A DNA stretch of 64,000 bases from Candidatus Bathyarchaeota archaeon (GCA_963772455.1 CAVYXJ010000021.1:9110-73109), one strand, 5' to 3'. Counted from the first letter of the stretch, positions 21,460 to 32,514 are shown. Made by a program: numbers and translations. Notes: generated by a model not told the origin, from the letters alone.

Positions 21460-21726
21460 CTATTTGTTTGCATCAAGCTTACCAAACCAACGCAGACGCC
21501 AATTCAAAATTTCCATCATTTGACGCTCCAATTCCTCATACCTCATCTCATATTCTTCAGCTTGCCATTTGTGGGGTAGTTCATATTCAAATTCAAGTGA
21601 TGGAAAATCGTTATTTGCTTCGTGCAAAATGTCTCGAATATAATCAGGCGGAACAATTTTGTTGGGTAAATAGGGATCGACAATTGTTTCCTCTAATTTT
21701 CCTTTGGTCATTCTTGTTTTCTCCAA
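21460..21726 (-). CDS. Hypothetical protein
   Basis: 88-aa ORF with natural-looking composition. Confidence 0.5.
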   Translation of the reverse strand: MEKTRMTKGKLEETIVDPYLPNKIVPPDYIRDILHEANNDFPSLEFEYELPHKWQAEEYEMRYEELERQMMEILNWRLRWFGKLDANK

Positions 21727-22116
21727 TCTAATTCTTTATCGCTATTTAATATTAATCGGCAATTATAACCAAGTAAGGGGTAATTACAGAGATTATTAAA
21801 CGCAAGTTGTTGCAGTCAAACAGTCACAAAGCTTGAGAATATTTCAAAAGCTAATTATTATAAGACCTCAAGAACGAATTTGGGATATCAAGGTCTTCCA
21901 AAATTAGATCCAAGCTTGCCATGTTTCACAAGTGGTTCAAGCTACTTAGCGGTTATTTGATTCAAAAAAATCAAGCTTTTTGATTAAAAATTTTTATTTT
22001 GACTCAAAAATGAATCTTAAAATACATAAATAACATGTGATTGTGCTAAGCCTATCACAATTTCTTATATTAATTGAAGACCATATAGATAGCGTCTAAA
22101 AAAGAGATAGTCTAAA

Positions 22117-22389
22117 ATGGCACGAAACCAAAAAATTAACTTCGCTTCGAACCAAGACATTAAAAGCAAATCCACCAAACATCAAAAAGGAATGCCCACA
22201 ATCAGATGCGTGTGTGGCTTAAGAATTTTGATTATCCCTGATTTGCAAGCCATGAACCGCGCAATAAAAAAACATCTTGCCGAACACAAACATGCGGATA
22301 ATGGTTTAACGTTGGACTCGTTAGAGGAGTCTTTGACTGAACAGATTCTGATAGCTGCAAGCAAAATGAGTCTGCAAAATTTAAGTTAG
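22117..22389 (+). CDS. Small CxC...H-x3-H zinc-finger-like protein
   Basis: MPTIRCVCGLRILIIPDLQAMNRAIKKHLAEH; paralog at 42910-43179. Confidence 0.65.
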   Translation: MARNQKINFASNQDIKSKSTKHQKGMPTIRCVCGLRILIIPDLQAMNRAIKKHLAEHKHADNGLTLDSLEESLTEQILIAASKMSLQNLS

Positions 22390-22695
22390 TCATGTATAAT
22401 TTGTAAAGTCTTCTATAATTAAGTCGATAGTGGAAAGAAGTCTGTCAGGTTTACCTCATCACCATAACTATTAAAAATTGATGTAATGAAAATGAAATCA
22501 GGAATATATTGAGCAGAAAAAGAATAACTGTTTCTCTTCAGTTAACCCCCAAAAAAGAAACATCGTTATATTAACTTTATAGATGGTAACTCACGCAATT
22601 AGATTTCGAAATATTCTTTTGTTCTTTCAAAAACAGCTGTCAACTATCATGCTTTGAAATTCAGAGAATTTAAATATTAAAAATATTGTTTTCAT

Positions 22696-23025
22696 GTGAT
22701 TGAACAAAGCAATGGCGATATTATGACTTTGGTTAAAGTTGCCAAAACATTTGACGTCCCTGTAGGAAAGATGAAACACGTAGAAGCTGATGGACTAGAA
22801 TTCCTTGTTGCTAATGTTGAAGGCAAGTTCTATGCTGTTGGTGATAGATGCCCTCATCTTCACGCTAAAGTATCAGAAGGCACGTTGATTAAAACAACTG
22901 TTATATGTCCAAGGCATCTTTCAAGCTTTGATGTAACAACGGGCAGAGTAATCTCTGGGACACATAGCAACTTACCAAGTTACGACATTAAAGTGGAAGG
23001 CGAAGACTTACTAATAAAAATTTGA
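22696..23025 (+). CDS. Rieske [2Fe-2S] ferredoxin
   Basis: CPH...CPRH.SSFD..TG; start likely ATG 22723. Confidence 0.9.
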   Translation: MIEQSNGDIMTLVKVAKTFDVPVGKMKHVEADGLEFLVANVEGKFYAVGDRCPHLHAKVSEGTLIKTTVICPRHLSSFDVTTGRVISGTHSNLPSYDIKVEGEDLLIKI

Positions 23026-23143
23026 GCAGTGCTATACCGTTAACTAAACTTTATTCTAAGAAACACCAGCCTTTCAGCATTTCACTTTTAACTATCTCTC
23101 CATCATGGGTGACAGTCGTTTCAAACCTTAACTTTTAAAGTCA

Positions 23144-23360
23144 ATGGAGCTATTATTCGCAGAGTTTCTAGGTTACCGAGCATTAGAAAACACTCTCCTC
23201 TATATACAGCTAGAAAAGAATCTCTTCAAGAATTTGCTAAACGACCGATTCATAATCAAAGTTGCACAACACAGAAGTCTGCAAACTACTTGAGGTGGGT
23301 TTTGATTACATAACTGGAGAGTACAACGATGGCGGATAAATCTTCCGAAAGCGAAAATAA
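23144..23360 (+). pseudogene. Decayed tyrosine recombinase/integrase C-terminal remnant
   Basis: FLGYRALENTLLYIQL (LGH..NT..Y box), then after a frameshift KLLEVGFDYITGEYNDGG*IFRKRK*; lies 86 nt 5' of tRNA-His. Confidence 0.65.
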
Positions 23361-23446
23361 GGTGTTTGTCATGACTCTATCGAAGCCAAGCATTTGGCCG
23401 AGAAAAAAGTAAAAACGGCCGAAATCACAGAAACCAACATCAAAGC

Positions 23447-23523
23447 GGCCGGGGTGGTGTAGCTTGGTAGCATAGAGGCCTGTGGAGCCTTTCGCCCGAG
23501 TTCAAATCTCGGCCCCGGCCCCA
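23447..23523 (+). tRNA. tRNA-His(GTG) with encoded G-1 and CCA
   Basis: G-GCCGGGG acceptor, loop CTGTGGA, GTTCAAATC, CCCCGGC-C-CCA. Confidence 0.95.
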
Positions 23524-23661
23524 CCAAATTTGATCAGTATTGTTTACTTAAATTAAGTTGTCTAGAGCTTATGAAAAACTCAGGAATTTAGAAATAAAAT
23601 AAATAATTTGAATTTTATTGATAGTAGTTACGAAAAAAATTGCTGCTGAGAAAACAAGAAT

Positions 23662-25125
23662 TTAGCTGTTTAGTGTTGCTATAAAACCTTTCAGCACTTC
23701 TTTTATTGATCGAAGGAGTGTATGTTCAATCTTCTTTTCTCCAAGTTTTTCTAAACGTTCCACTCTAAAGGAAATTGGTGGATGCGAATCTAAGCTTACC
23801 CATTCTTGGAGGCGGTAACTCGATGTTCGTTCGAAGAGGAGTCTGTGAAAACCGATTTTTTCCAGCGCCCTTGCCATGACTTTGGGTTGCCCCATCATTA
23901 CAGCTGACGTTAGATCTGCACGGGCTTCAAAGAATTTCGCTATAAAGAAAATAAGTGTCATGACTCCGAAGAAATAAATCAAGAAAAAGAAAGGAGAGAA
24001 AATAAACGAGAACAATGGAAGCAGAATGTAGAATCTAAAGAGAAACTCTGAACTTAATAATCCAAATAAGATTAAGGGATCTCTTCCTTTGAGATGACCA
24101 AATTCGTGCCCCAAAACGCTTATGACTTCTGGTTCTTCCAATTGAACAAGCAACCCAGTAGTTATCAGAACAATCCCTCGACTTGGGCTAGGACCAGAAG
24201 CTGCAGCGTTTGGAACCATCGTGTTTGAAATCACAATTTTTGGCATCTTATACCCAAAGCGGTCAGCAACTTTCTTCACGAGTTCGAAGACATTGATTTT
24301 TTTAGTAGATAAAGAACCGAGTCTACAGGATACATTGTATTTAGCGAAGATTTTTTCTGATTCTTGGCAGCTAATTGTGCCTTTTTTAGAAATTATTTCA
24401 TCATAGACTTCATTTTTTAAAGTTACCAGTTGCTCTGGCGGAATTTGTTTGTAGTCGTCAATTGTGCCCAAAGCGCCAATTGGAGGCTGATATTCCAAGA
24501 AAGTTATGAAAGGGTTGTCTTTGGTAATTGTCCAGTCTCCTGACCTAGCAATTATTTTATTTGAGAAGAAGACGAATGTGAATTGTGAAGCTATGAGAAT
24601 TATTGGGACTGTCCAGAAGTAAGCTGGAAAAAAAGTTAACACAACAAGGAATAGCCCCAATCCTAGCGCGATAAATACGAAGCTTAACAGAACCTGGGTT
24701 TCTAAGAAAATGCGGTTGAAGCTTTTTTCGTGGAGCTTCACTTTTTCAGGCACGATTTTTTGACCTTCTCGCCAGGCAAAGTACCATGTAATTTTGCGAG
24801 CTTTTTCCTCAAATAATTTTGTAGCAATTAAGATGTCTTGTCTTGCTTCATTGATGGTTGCATCTGAAACATCCATTTCTAATGGTGTTATGATTGCATT
24901 TACTTTTTCTGTACCCGTTACTTCAACTTTGATAATTTGTCTTCCTTTTTGGTCGAGTACATCGTATGAAATTTTGTTGCTCTTCTGTATTGTTTCCCTT
25001 GATAGGTTGGTAAACCGCTGTTTTTGTGGAGCAAGGTATTGTGTATAGATGAAGTCAAAAAGTCTTTCAAAATAGATAGGTGGGACTTCGGTGTCTAATT
25101 CATAAGAAAAGGGAGCGGATACCAT
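23662..25125 (-). CDS. M48/HtpX-family zinc metalloprotease with N-terminal extension
   Basis: PNAAASG, TTGLL, GHEFGH, EARAD, SHPP. Confidence 0.88.
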   Translation of the reverse strand: MVSAPFSYELDTEVPPIYFERLFDFIYTQYLAPQKQRFTNLSRETIQKSNKISYDVLDQKGRQIIKVEVTGTEKVNAIITPLEMDVSDATINEARQDILIATKLFEEKARKITWYFAWREGQKIVPEKVKLHEKSFNRIFLETQVLLSFVFIALGLGLFLVVLTFFPAYFWTVPIILIASQFTFVFFSNKIIARSGDWTITKDNPFITFLEYQPPIGALGTIDDYKQIPPEQLVTLKNEVYDEIISKKGTISCQESEKIFAKYNVSCRLGSLSTKKINVFELVKKVADRFGYKMPKIVISNTMVPNAAASGPSPSRGIVLITTGLLVQLEEPEVISVLGHEFGHLKGRDPLILFGLLSSEFLFRFYILLPLFSFIFSPFFFLIYFFGVMTLIFFIAKFFEARADLTSAVMMGQPKVMARALEKIGFHRLLFERTSSYRLQEWVSLDSHPPISFRVERLEKLGEKKIEHTLLRSIKEVLKGFIATLNS

Positions 25126-25387
25126 TGCGACTCAAAACCTGTTGTTACATATTCATTTTGTTTTTCTCAGTTATAACTTTATTGTAAATTGTCTTTTTGA
25201 GATTTAGCAAACGGGATAGCGTTTATTAATCCGCAAAACATTGATAGAAATAACCAAAGCCAAAGGGTTCAAAGAGTGAATTGTTGATTCTAAACCAGCT
25301 ATCAGTTTGGTTTGGATTCGCCAAAAAAATTGTTTTGGTTTGCGATGACCTCACCAGAAATTATGAATTAAGAAGGGAAAATTAGAA

Positions 25388-25780
25388 GTGGCTGAAAACA
25401 AAAAAACAATACTTGTTGTGGATGACGATAAATCCATACTTCGAACCTTCACACGTATTCTACAAAAAAGCGGCTATGAAATCGAAACAGCTGAAACAGG
25501 TAAAGAAGCCATAGCAAAAGCTGAAAACCGCTACTACGACTTAGCACTTGTTGACATCAGGCTTCCAGATATGGATGGCACAGATTTACTTGCAAAACTC
25601 AAAAAACAATTACAAAATACTGTGAAAATCATGATTACTGGTTTTCCATCCTTAGAAACAGGTGTTAAGGCGCTTGATGAAGGCGCCGATGCTTACTTGG
25701 TTAAGCCCGTTAAACCTCAGGAACTGCTGATTCTCTTAGAAGAGAAACTTAAGAACCACCAACAATCTAATAAAAATTAA
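25388..25780 (+). CDS. Single-domain response regulator (receiver)
   Basis: VVDDD, VDIRLPDMDG, ITG, YLVKP. Confidence 0.93.
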   Translation: MAENKKTILVVDDDKSILRTFTRILQKSGYEIETAETGKEAIAKAENRYYDLALVDIRLPDMDGTDLLAKLKKQLQNTVKIMITGFPSLETGVKALDEGADAYLVKPVKPQELLILLEEKLKNHQQSNKN

Positions 25781-25872
25781 TTACCGAGCTAATTCTCCGT
25801 TTTATTAAGAAAATAGACCCCATTAGAAACTTGAAGATAACAGCGTGTATTTATCAGTCTTAGGCAACAACT

Positions 25873-26628
25873 TCAAATACCCATGAGCTTCAGGATTCCC
25901 GACCAAGCATTAAACCTCGAGTTTATCCCGAGCCTCTTCTCAATAAAGAAAGGTCTATCAACAACTTTAAGCATGGACAAATCATTGGGTCCGTCTCCTA
26001 CCCCAAACGTATTAATTTTTCCAAACATTTGGATGTAGAGATTTTTTAGAAGGCTGACAGCTTTTCCTTTATCAGTGTTGCCAGTAAGATGCAAGTATCT
26101 GCCTCCTTCTGTGCATTTCAACCCCTCATGTTTTATGGCTTTTAAAACCTGGGATTTGTCTCCACTCAATATGCGGAAGGGTTCATCATGTTCACGTTTC
26201 TGAGATAGCAGAGCCAAATGCATAGGTAAACCAGTGTCATAAGCTAATTCTTCAAGCGTCATATCACCGAAACCCACAATCTTAGCAGCAGTCTTCTCCT
26301 TAATTTTGGCAAGTTTTTTTCTTAACATCCCGTAAGATGAGCCTAACCGAATGACATTATAATTTGAGGTTTGCGAACAACCATAGTCAAACGGAAAATA
26401 AAGTTTGGGAATGAAAATGACAGCTCCGTTTTCTGCTATAAACGGCTCGTTAAGTCCAATGGCTTGGCGGTAGAATTCTATTTCGTCTCTGGTTTTACTG
26501 CTGCAAAAAACAATAGATCCTCCCAAAGCCGAAAGTTGATTTACTATTGGTTTTGTTTCTGAATAATCGTATTTGTCATTGAGGAATGTGCCGTCCATGT
26601 CAGCGAAAACAACGTTTTTAGTTTTCAA
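25873..26628 (-). CDS. Mannosyl/glucosyl-3-phosphoglycerate phosphatase (HAD IIB)
   Basis: DMDGT, SSKT..E, ENG, GGRY.HL, DKG.A, GDGPND. Confidence 0.85.
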   Translation of the reverse strand: MKTKNVVFADMDGTFLNDKYDYSETKPIVNQLSALGGSIVFCSSKTRDEIEFYRQAIGLNEPFIAENGAVIFIPKLYFPFDYGCSQTSNYNVIRLGSSYGMLRKKLAKIKEKTAAKIVGFGDMTLEELAYDTGLPMHLALLSQKREHDEPFRILSGDKSQVLKAIKHEGLKCTEGGRYLHLTGNTDKGKAVSLLKNLYIQMFGKINTFGVGDGPNDLSMLKVVDRPFFIEKRLGINSRFNAWSGILKLMGI

Positions 26629-27806
26629 TTGCAGCCTCCCTTAAACGTTCTCTTATGTCGGGCATGGCTGCTTTAGTTCTCAACCAATCAGGCATCTGCG
26701 CTTTTGATGGATCCTCCAGATATCTTTTTCCTGCTGAAACAATTGCTTCAGATAAGGAATCTACGCTGCATTCTTCTTGGTGGCGATCGTAGTCAAGGTT
26801 ATTGCATGTTGCGTCAGCGTTATATTGTCGGATTTTATCTTGCGCCATTTTTCGAAACATTACTTGGAGGCTTTGTAGAAAAGGCACTGACACTTCTATG
26901 CCGTCGGTCTCAGTTAATGTGCGAAGCAAGGTCACAAGACTGTCCTCAGCAGTTTTAACCAACCCGTTTCCAACTACTTCTTTGTGTTTATGATCATAGA
27001 ATCCCAAGTCAACTTCGCAGAGACGTTCAAAGGACGCATTTCTGTAAAGCTCTGCAAGCAACCCCATTTCAAAACCCCAATCACACGGAATCCTAAGCCT
27101 CATAGCTAAATCACTGTAAATTGCAATTTCACCTGACAAAGGATAACTAAACGACTGCAAATAACTTACAAATCTTGACTTATGTTGAAGCTTTTCTTGC
27201 AAAGCTTCCAATATAGGGTTCATAAATAATCTGGTTATTCGCCCATACATTGTTCGTTTTTCAAAGTTGATTCTAGCGTAGTAACCTTTGGAGAAGAAGA
27301 AATCAAGTTTTGGCTCAATTACCGGGTAAAGCATTTTGGTTGGCAACATACGAGTATAATTGAGTATGTCAGCATCATGAACAACGAAAGCGTGAAGCTC
27401 CAAAGAAGCAATACCCATGGCAATCCAGACATCTCTGCCCTTTCCACTTAAACATGTCACATCGAGCCCCTTGCCTTTTAAGTCTTCAAAGACCGACATT
27501 ACAACTGGTTTGTTACACCAAATAATATCGTGAGGGATTTTGAAAGCACTAAAAACCTTAACCGCTTCATCATAACCCTCCTGGCTTTTTACAGAAAGAG
27601 CAATAAACACTTTCTTGAGGTAATCACAATGATTTAGTTCATTAACTATCCCAGCTAGTACCTTGGTTTTTTAAGTCTGATTCTATTATCGGAATAATTA
27701 CTCCCGAAGGGTACTCCTGAGCTAAGATTCTGAGTCGAGCACTCATACTGTCAAAGTTCATGCTAAAATCGTGAATTTTAGCAAAACTTCTTTGATCAAA
27801 ATCCAT
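26618..27806 (-). CDS. Glucosyl-3-phosphoglycerate synthase-like glycosyltransferase (frameshift near 27660)
   Basis: Manual N-terminus MDFDQRSFAKIHDF; GKGRDVW, HDADI, KGYYAR, YGRITRL, YPLSGE, DWG.E, YDHKH; overlaps the phosphatase gene. Confidence 0.8.
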
Positions 27807-27991
27807 AGCCAATAACCCTGTGGTTTCAAGGTAATTATCAAATCGAATAAAAGATTTTTTGACAACTAAAATTCACTAAAAAGCGAAGTTCGCCTCTCAT
27901 CATGTAGCTTGAGAACAAGTTAACAAAAAAAGCGATTCCATTATGTTAATCCAAATTTCAATAGTTAACCTCACATTTCAAAGCTGATGCG

Positions 27992-28126
27992 GTGACGTTT
28001 TCTAGAAAAAATAAGCCTAGAAAAAGAAAAAGAGTCAGAAGGCAAGTTACCGTCCCAATCGGTATTGGAACTGAAGAAAAGAAAGCTCTAGATCAAACAG
28101 GTCACGACGCAACATCCGGATGGTAA
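27992..28126 (+). CDS. Unannotated 44-aa Lys/Arg-rich microprotein
   Basis: GTG start; MTFSRKNKPRKRKRVRRQVTVPIGIGTEEKKALDQTGHDATSGW. Confidence 0.4.
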   Translation: MTFSRKNKPRKRKRVRRQVTVPIGIGTEEKKALDQTGHDATSGW

Positions 28127-28262
28127 AAAACTGTTAGAATGCATTTCTTCCCTCTTTTTACATTTAACTATTTAATGAAGGCTCCAAGAACTGTGTCTAA
28201 AAATTAATAATTCAATTTTTCATATAAGAAAAAGCAATTCTTTAATTGCATAAATTCTGTAA

Positions 28263-28538
28263 ATGACAAGAGGTAAAAACTTGGACGAAGCCATCATCGA
28301 AATCGGGCACATTAGCCATTTCTTTTCAAAAATCAACGTTGCCATAATTGAATTAACGCTACCCTTGTCAATAGGGGATCACATTCTTGTAAAAGGTCCC
28401 TTAACAGATTTTCAACAAGAAGTCAAGTCAATGCAAATTGATCGAAAAGATATGGATAGGGCTGAGGGCGGGCAAAGTGTGGGTCTAAAACTTGCTCAGT
28501 TAGCAAGAGAAAGAGATGTTGTATACAAGAAACTTTAG
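28263..28538 (+). CDS. Stand-alone EF-Tu domain II-like / U32 C-terminal-like beta-barrel protein
   Basis: IG.ISHFFSKI.VA...GD.I..KG..TDF.Q.V.SMQI...A..GQ.VG. Confidence 0.8.
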   Translation: MTRGKNLDEAIIEIGHISHFFSKINVAIIELTLPLSIGDHILVKGPLTDFQQEVKSMQIDRKDMDRAEGGQSVGLKLAQLARERDVVYKKL

Positions 28539-28596
28539 AGTTAATTTTAATTCATTTTAGTTGTTAAAGATCATCGTTGAGAACAAGCTTATTCTT

Positions 28597-28902
28597 TTAA
28601 ATTGTATACGAGTAGATTGATTTTTCTATCGATACGCAAGACCCATGCGTCTTCATAAAATCAAGAACTTCTGCATACTCGATAAGATATTGTTTGCCTT
28701 TTTCAGTAAGTTTAAGAGAGTTCTCTTCAATCAGTTCAAGCTCCGAAAGTTCTGTTACGTAATTTTTCAACCGGTCAAAAGGCACCCCCATTCGCACTTG
28801 AACCTGCGTCAATATTATTTTTTCAGTTTTAGATTGGTCATTAAGTATCATTAAAAGATCGCCATAAATTTTCATTTTATCCCTACGGGAAATTTTTTTC
28901 AT
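28597..28902 (-). CDS. Winged-helix regulator (HTH_45/DUF4364-like), coupled to the 7TM gene
   Basis: RRD..KIY.D.L...LTEKG; ATGA overlap with upstream stop; C-terminus probably frameshifted (true end KRMGLAYR). Confidence 0.8.
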   Translation of the reverse strand: MKKISRRDKMKIYGDLLMILNDQSKTEKIILTQVQVRMGVPFDRLKNYVTELSELELIEENSLKLTEKGKQYLIEYAEVLDFMKTHGSCVSIEKSIYSYTI

Positions 28903-29573
28903 TTAGACGACCTTTTTTTTGATTTGTTAAAGGTTTTATATGAAACTAAAAGAAAAATAGTCAAAGCCGCCAAACGGAGAATCAAAGCTCCATTAAACGC
29001 AAATATGCTTCCATCAATAGCCCAAATTAACAACGAATATTGACTAATTCCAAGCAAAATAAAACCGAATGGAATCCAAAGTGTCATGGGGTCTGGAATT
29101 TCTATATGGCTTCTAAGGGTATGAATTGAAATATAGATGAGACAAATTATATTAAAACTCCGAACGTACACTTGAGTAGCCTGATAACTATCCACAGCAA
29201 ATTGGGGAATAATAATTCCAGTTACAATTGCAGCTGCAAGACCAACAATTAACAAACTTAGTGTTATGTCCCATTTTGTTTGAGAATTTTCCAAACGTTT
29301 TCTTGAAAAGTAGTAAGTTACTACTAAGAAGCAATACGCAAAAGTGCGGGCAAAAAGTTGAAGGTATGCAAGCTGTCTAAAGGAAAAAATTATATCTGAA
29401 AATGCTATAGCCCCAAGAATGTATGATACTCCAAGAAAACCAAATCCAAGAGGAAGTCCAAGATATCGCCTTTCACCGGTTAGTCTATAGGGCTTTATCA
29501 TAAAACGTAAAAGAATAAAGCACAGAATTGCTGAAACTACTTCTACCAATATCCGAATAGTTGGATCATACAT
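28899..29573 (-). CDS. 7-TM membrane protein (putative receptor), paralog 1
   Basis: About seven hydrophobic helices; MIKPY..T.E.RYLGLPLGFGFLG, LLGISQYSL. Confidence 0.75.
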   Translation of the reverse strand: MYDPTIRILVEVVSAILCFILLRFMIKPYRLTGERRYLGLPLGFGFLGVSYILGAIAFSDIIFSFRQLAYLQLFARTFAYCFLVVTYYFSRKRLENSQTKWDITLSLLIVGLAAAIVTGIIIPQFAVDSYQATQVYVRSFNIICLIYISIHTLRSHIEIPDPMTLWIPFGFILLGISQYSLLIWAIDGSIFAFNGALILRLAALTIFLLVSYKTFNKSKKRSSK

Positions 29574-29896
29574 GCTGATATTCTATTGAGCTTCGTTTTC
29601 TATTATGTCTTTTCCAAAATTACCTTAGAATAATCCAATGTTATTTAGACAATATAACGCTGAAACAAAGCTATTGCAAGCGACTTTTATTATAATCCTC
29701 AACTTTTAAAACACCTCCCCTTTCAGATAATTATTTTTTAATTGATTTTTTTCAAGTGTGATTGTCAGAAAAATAATTATTGAAAAATCCTGTTCTAGCG
29801 AAGTTTGACATTTACTGCTTATAACATTTACTCTCTTATGGTGAGGGTGTCTTATTATTCAATTTGTTATTATCTTTATTCATAAAATAAAAGGAA

Positions 29897-32479
29897 ATGA
29901 AAAAAATGGATTTAACTACAATGAAAACTAAGAGAAAATTATTGTCAACGATAGCGATATTTATAATGCTGACTATGTCTGTTCCATTAACATTTCTGGC
30001 AACAACTAGTGCACACACCCCCGCATGGAACATACCTTCTTTTGCTTATCTCGCTGCACAACCAAGTCCTGTAGGAGTTGGACAGAGCGTACAGGTTTAC
30101 ATGTGGGTCGACGCACCCTTTCCATCAGCAGCTGAAGGCAATGATTATCGAAGGCACGACTACAAGCTTACGATCACAATGCCCGATGGAAGCACCGACG
30201 TAAAAACGTGGCCAATCATCTATGACACAACTGGAGTTCAATACTATGCATTTACACCAGACCAAGTAGGCACGTACACTTTACTATTTGAATATCCTAG
30301 CCAAGTATTCACTTGGAATGCAACAGCAGTACAAGCGTGGTATGGGGATACTTTCATGGCGGACAGCGCAACAACAACTGTCACAGTCCAACAAGAACCA
30401 TTGTCTGCGCCTGTACTAAGCTATCCATTACCTACTGAATACTGGACGAGACCCATAGAAGGACAGAACACTGACTGGTACAGCGTTTCCTCGAACTGGC
30501 TCAATTCACCATTCAACTGGGTCGGAGACAGCGGTACACAGGGCGCAGTGTCATCATGCGATACCCAAGGCGGCTACGGAAGACTTCAACCAGACGGCAT
30601 CGCACCAAACAGCCCACACATACTGTGGACTCGACCTATTCAGGACGGTGGAGTTGTTGGCGGCGATATCTATGAACTCTCAGGCGAAACATACTACATG
30701 GGCGGTTCCTATAACGTTAGATTCAGAGACGCCATAGTTATGTATGGACGGCTTTACTATGAAGAAGGCTGGGGCAATTCCGGCAGTGGCGGCGACTTCA
30801 TTTGTGTTGATGTACGAACTGGACAAGAGCTATGGAGACTTAATGCTACAGTCATCTCACAAATTGGAAAACCAGTTACAGGCTATGTCTACTGTTATGA
30901 CATGATGAACCAACACGGCGTTATACCTAACGGTTTGCTGTTCACACAAAACTTTGCAAGAGCAGTTGATCCTATGACAGGAAGAGTCTTAGCTCTCAAC
31001 ATAACTAACGTTCCCACCGGCATAGCAGCCCCTGGATTACAAGGCGAAGTCCTGAGATACGTATACACCTCTTCAAGCAAAACTTTAGGTCAATGGAACT
31101 CATCTAAAGTATTTGTAACCGAAGTCTCAGGAACCATAAATGCAAGCACAACAGCACGATATGACTGGATCAAGACATTGTCAATCGGACCAGGCACATG
31201 GACACTCAACAGACACCTCATACCCGGCAATCTACTGCTTATGACGCAAGGAAGCTTCGGTGGCCCCAGAGACCCACAACCAGGAATGAACGTAACAGCA
31301 GTTAGCATAAAGCCAGAAACAGCAGGCCAAATCTTGTGGACCAAATATTTGCCTGTTGCGCCAGACAACGTAACCAGAAAAATCATAGGAATCGACGAAG
31401 AAGCCGGCGTATTCATCACTCAAGATAAAGAAACCTTAACTCTCTGCGGTTTCAGCCTCACCAATGGCAATCAAGTGTGGACAGTTACACCTGACGATGC
31501 AAAATGGGACACAATGCGAAGCACCTCAATAGTCGCCTATGGCAATCTCTATGTATCAGGCTTTGACGGCATACTACACTGCTATGACATGGCAAATGGC
31601 GATCTACTTTGGACCTATGGCAACGGCGGACCAGGTAACACAACCTATTCTGGTCTTGAAACAGCTTGGGGTCATTACCCAATCTTCGTTGACAACGTTG
31701 CTGATGGAAAACTCTACTTAGGCACAACAGAACATTCACCTGACTCACCATTCTACAAAGGCACACAGTTCCGCTGCATCAACGCTACAACCGGTGAAGA
31801 AATCTGGACCATGATGGGCTGGGGTACAGGTATGTACGTAGGTCAAAGCGACATAATTGCTGAAGGATGCTTCATCTACCTCAACTGCTACGACATGCAA
31901 ATATATTCTGTTGGCAAGGGTCCAAGTTCAATGACAGTTGAAGCACCTAAAGCCGCAATTGAATTAGGCAAATCACTGGTTATCAGCGGCACAGTTACTG
32001 ACATCTCAGCAGGCACAAATCAAAAAGAGCAAGCTGCAAGATTTCCACAAGGAGTTCCAGCAGTTTCAGATGCAAGCCAAAGTGCATGGATGGAATACAT
32101 CTACATGCAAAAACCACGACCAACAGACACAACCGGCGTACCAGTTACATTGAGTGTTGTTGACGCTAATGGCAACTACAGAGACATCGGAACAACCACA
32201 AGCGACGCAGACGGATTCTTTGCATTCAACTGGAAACCAGACATAGAAGGACAATACACCGTCTATGCATCATTCGGAGGTAGTGAATCTTATTGGCCTT
32301 CACATGCAGTAACAGCATTCGCAGTTGACCCAGCCGCAGCAACCCCAACACCATCTGCAACACCTCAAAGCGACATTGCAACAAATGCAAACCTAATGAC
32401 CGCCATGGCCGCCGGAGTAATCGCAATAATTATTGCAATAGCAATAGTCGGATTGCTCATACTTCGAAAACGACCATAA
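29897..32479 (+). CDS. Secreted PQQ-like beta-propeller protein, paralog 3 (intact, 860 aa)
   Basis: Signal peptide + AHTP, PSPVGVGQ, YPLPTEYWTRPI, repeated D..TG..LW, C-terminal TM + RKRP. Confidence 0.9.
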   Translation: MKKMDLTTMKTKRKLLSTIAIFIMLTMSVPLTFLATTSAHTPAWNIPSFAYLAAQPSPVGVGQSVQVYMWVDAPFPSAAEGNDYRRHDYKLTITMPDGSTDVKTWPIIYDTTGVQYYAFTPDQVGTYTLLFEYPSQVFTWNATAVQAWYGDTFMADSATTTVTVQQEPLSAPVLSYPLPTEYWTRPIEGQNTDWYSVSSNWLNSPFNWVGDSGTQGAVSSCDTQGGYGRLQPDGIAPNSPHILWTRPIQDGGVVGGDIYELSGETYYMGGSYNVRFRDAIVMYGRLYYEEGWGNSGSGGDFICVDVRTGQELWRLNATVISQIGKPVTGYVYCYDMMNQHGVIPNGLLFTQNFARAVDPMTGRVLALNITNVPTGIAAPGLQGEVLRYVYTSSSKTLGQWNSSKVFVTEVSGTINASTTARYDWIKTLSIGPGTWTLNRHLIPGNLLLMTQGSFGGPRDPQPGMNVTAVSIKPETAGQILWTKYLPVAPDNVTRKIIGIDEEAGVFITQDKETLTLCGFSLTNGNQVWTVTPDDAKWDTMRSTSIVAYGNLYVSGFDGILHCYDMANGDLLWTYGNGGPGNTTYSGLETAWGHYPIFVDNVADGKLYLGTTEHSPDSPFYKGTQFRCINATTGEEIWTMMGWGTGMYVGQSDIIAEGCFIYLNCYDMQIYSVGKGPSSMTVEAPKAAIELGKSLVISGTVTDISAGTNQKEQAARFPQGVPAVSDASQSAWMEYIYMQKPRPTDTTGVPVTLSVVDANGNYRDIGTTTSDADGFFAFNWKPDIEGQYTVYASFGGSESYWPSHAVTAFAVDPAAATPTPSATPQSDIATNANLMTAMAAGVIAIIIAIAIVGLLILRKRP

Positions 32480-32497
32480 AACGCTAAAACCAAAAAT

Positions 32498-32514
32498 CAT
32501 CTTTCCCCTTTTTT
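32498..32514 (+). terminator. Oligo-pyrimidine terminator
   Basis: ATCTTTCCCCTTTTTT, identical to that after paralog 4. Confidence 0.6.

Noticed and set aside
21088-21579. 163-aa plus-strand ORF
   Set aside because: Overlaps two better-supported minus-strand genes and has low-complexity Lys-rich composition
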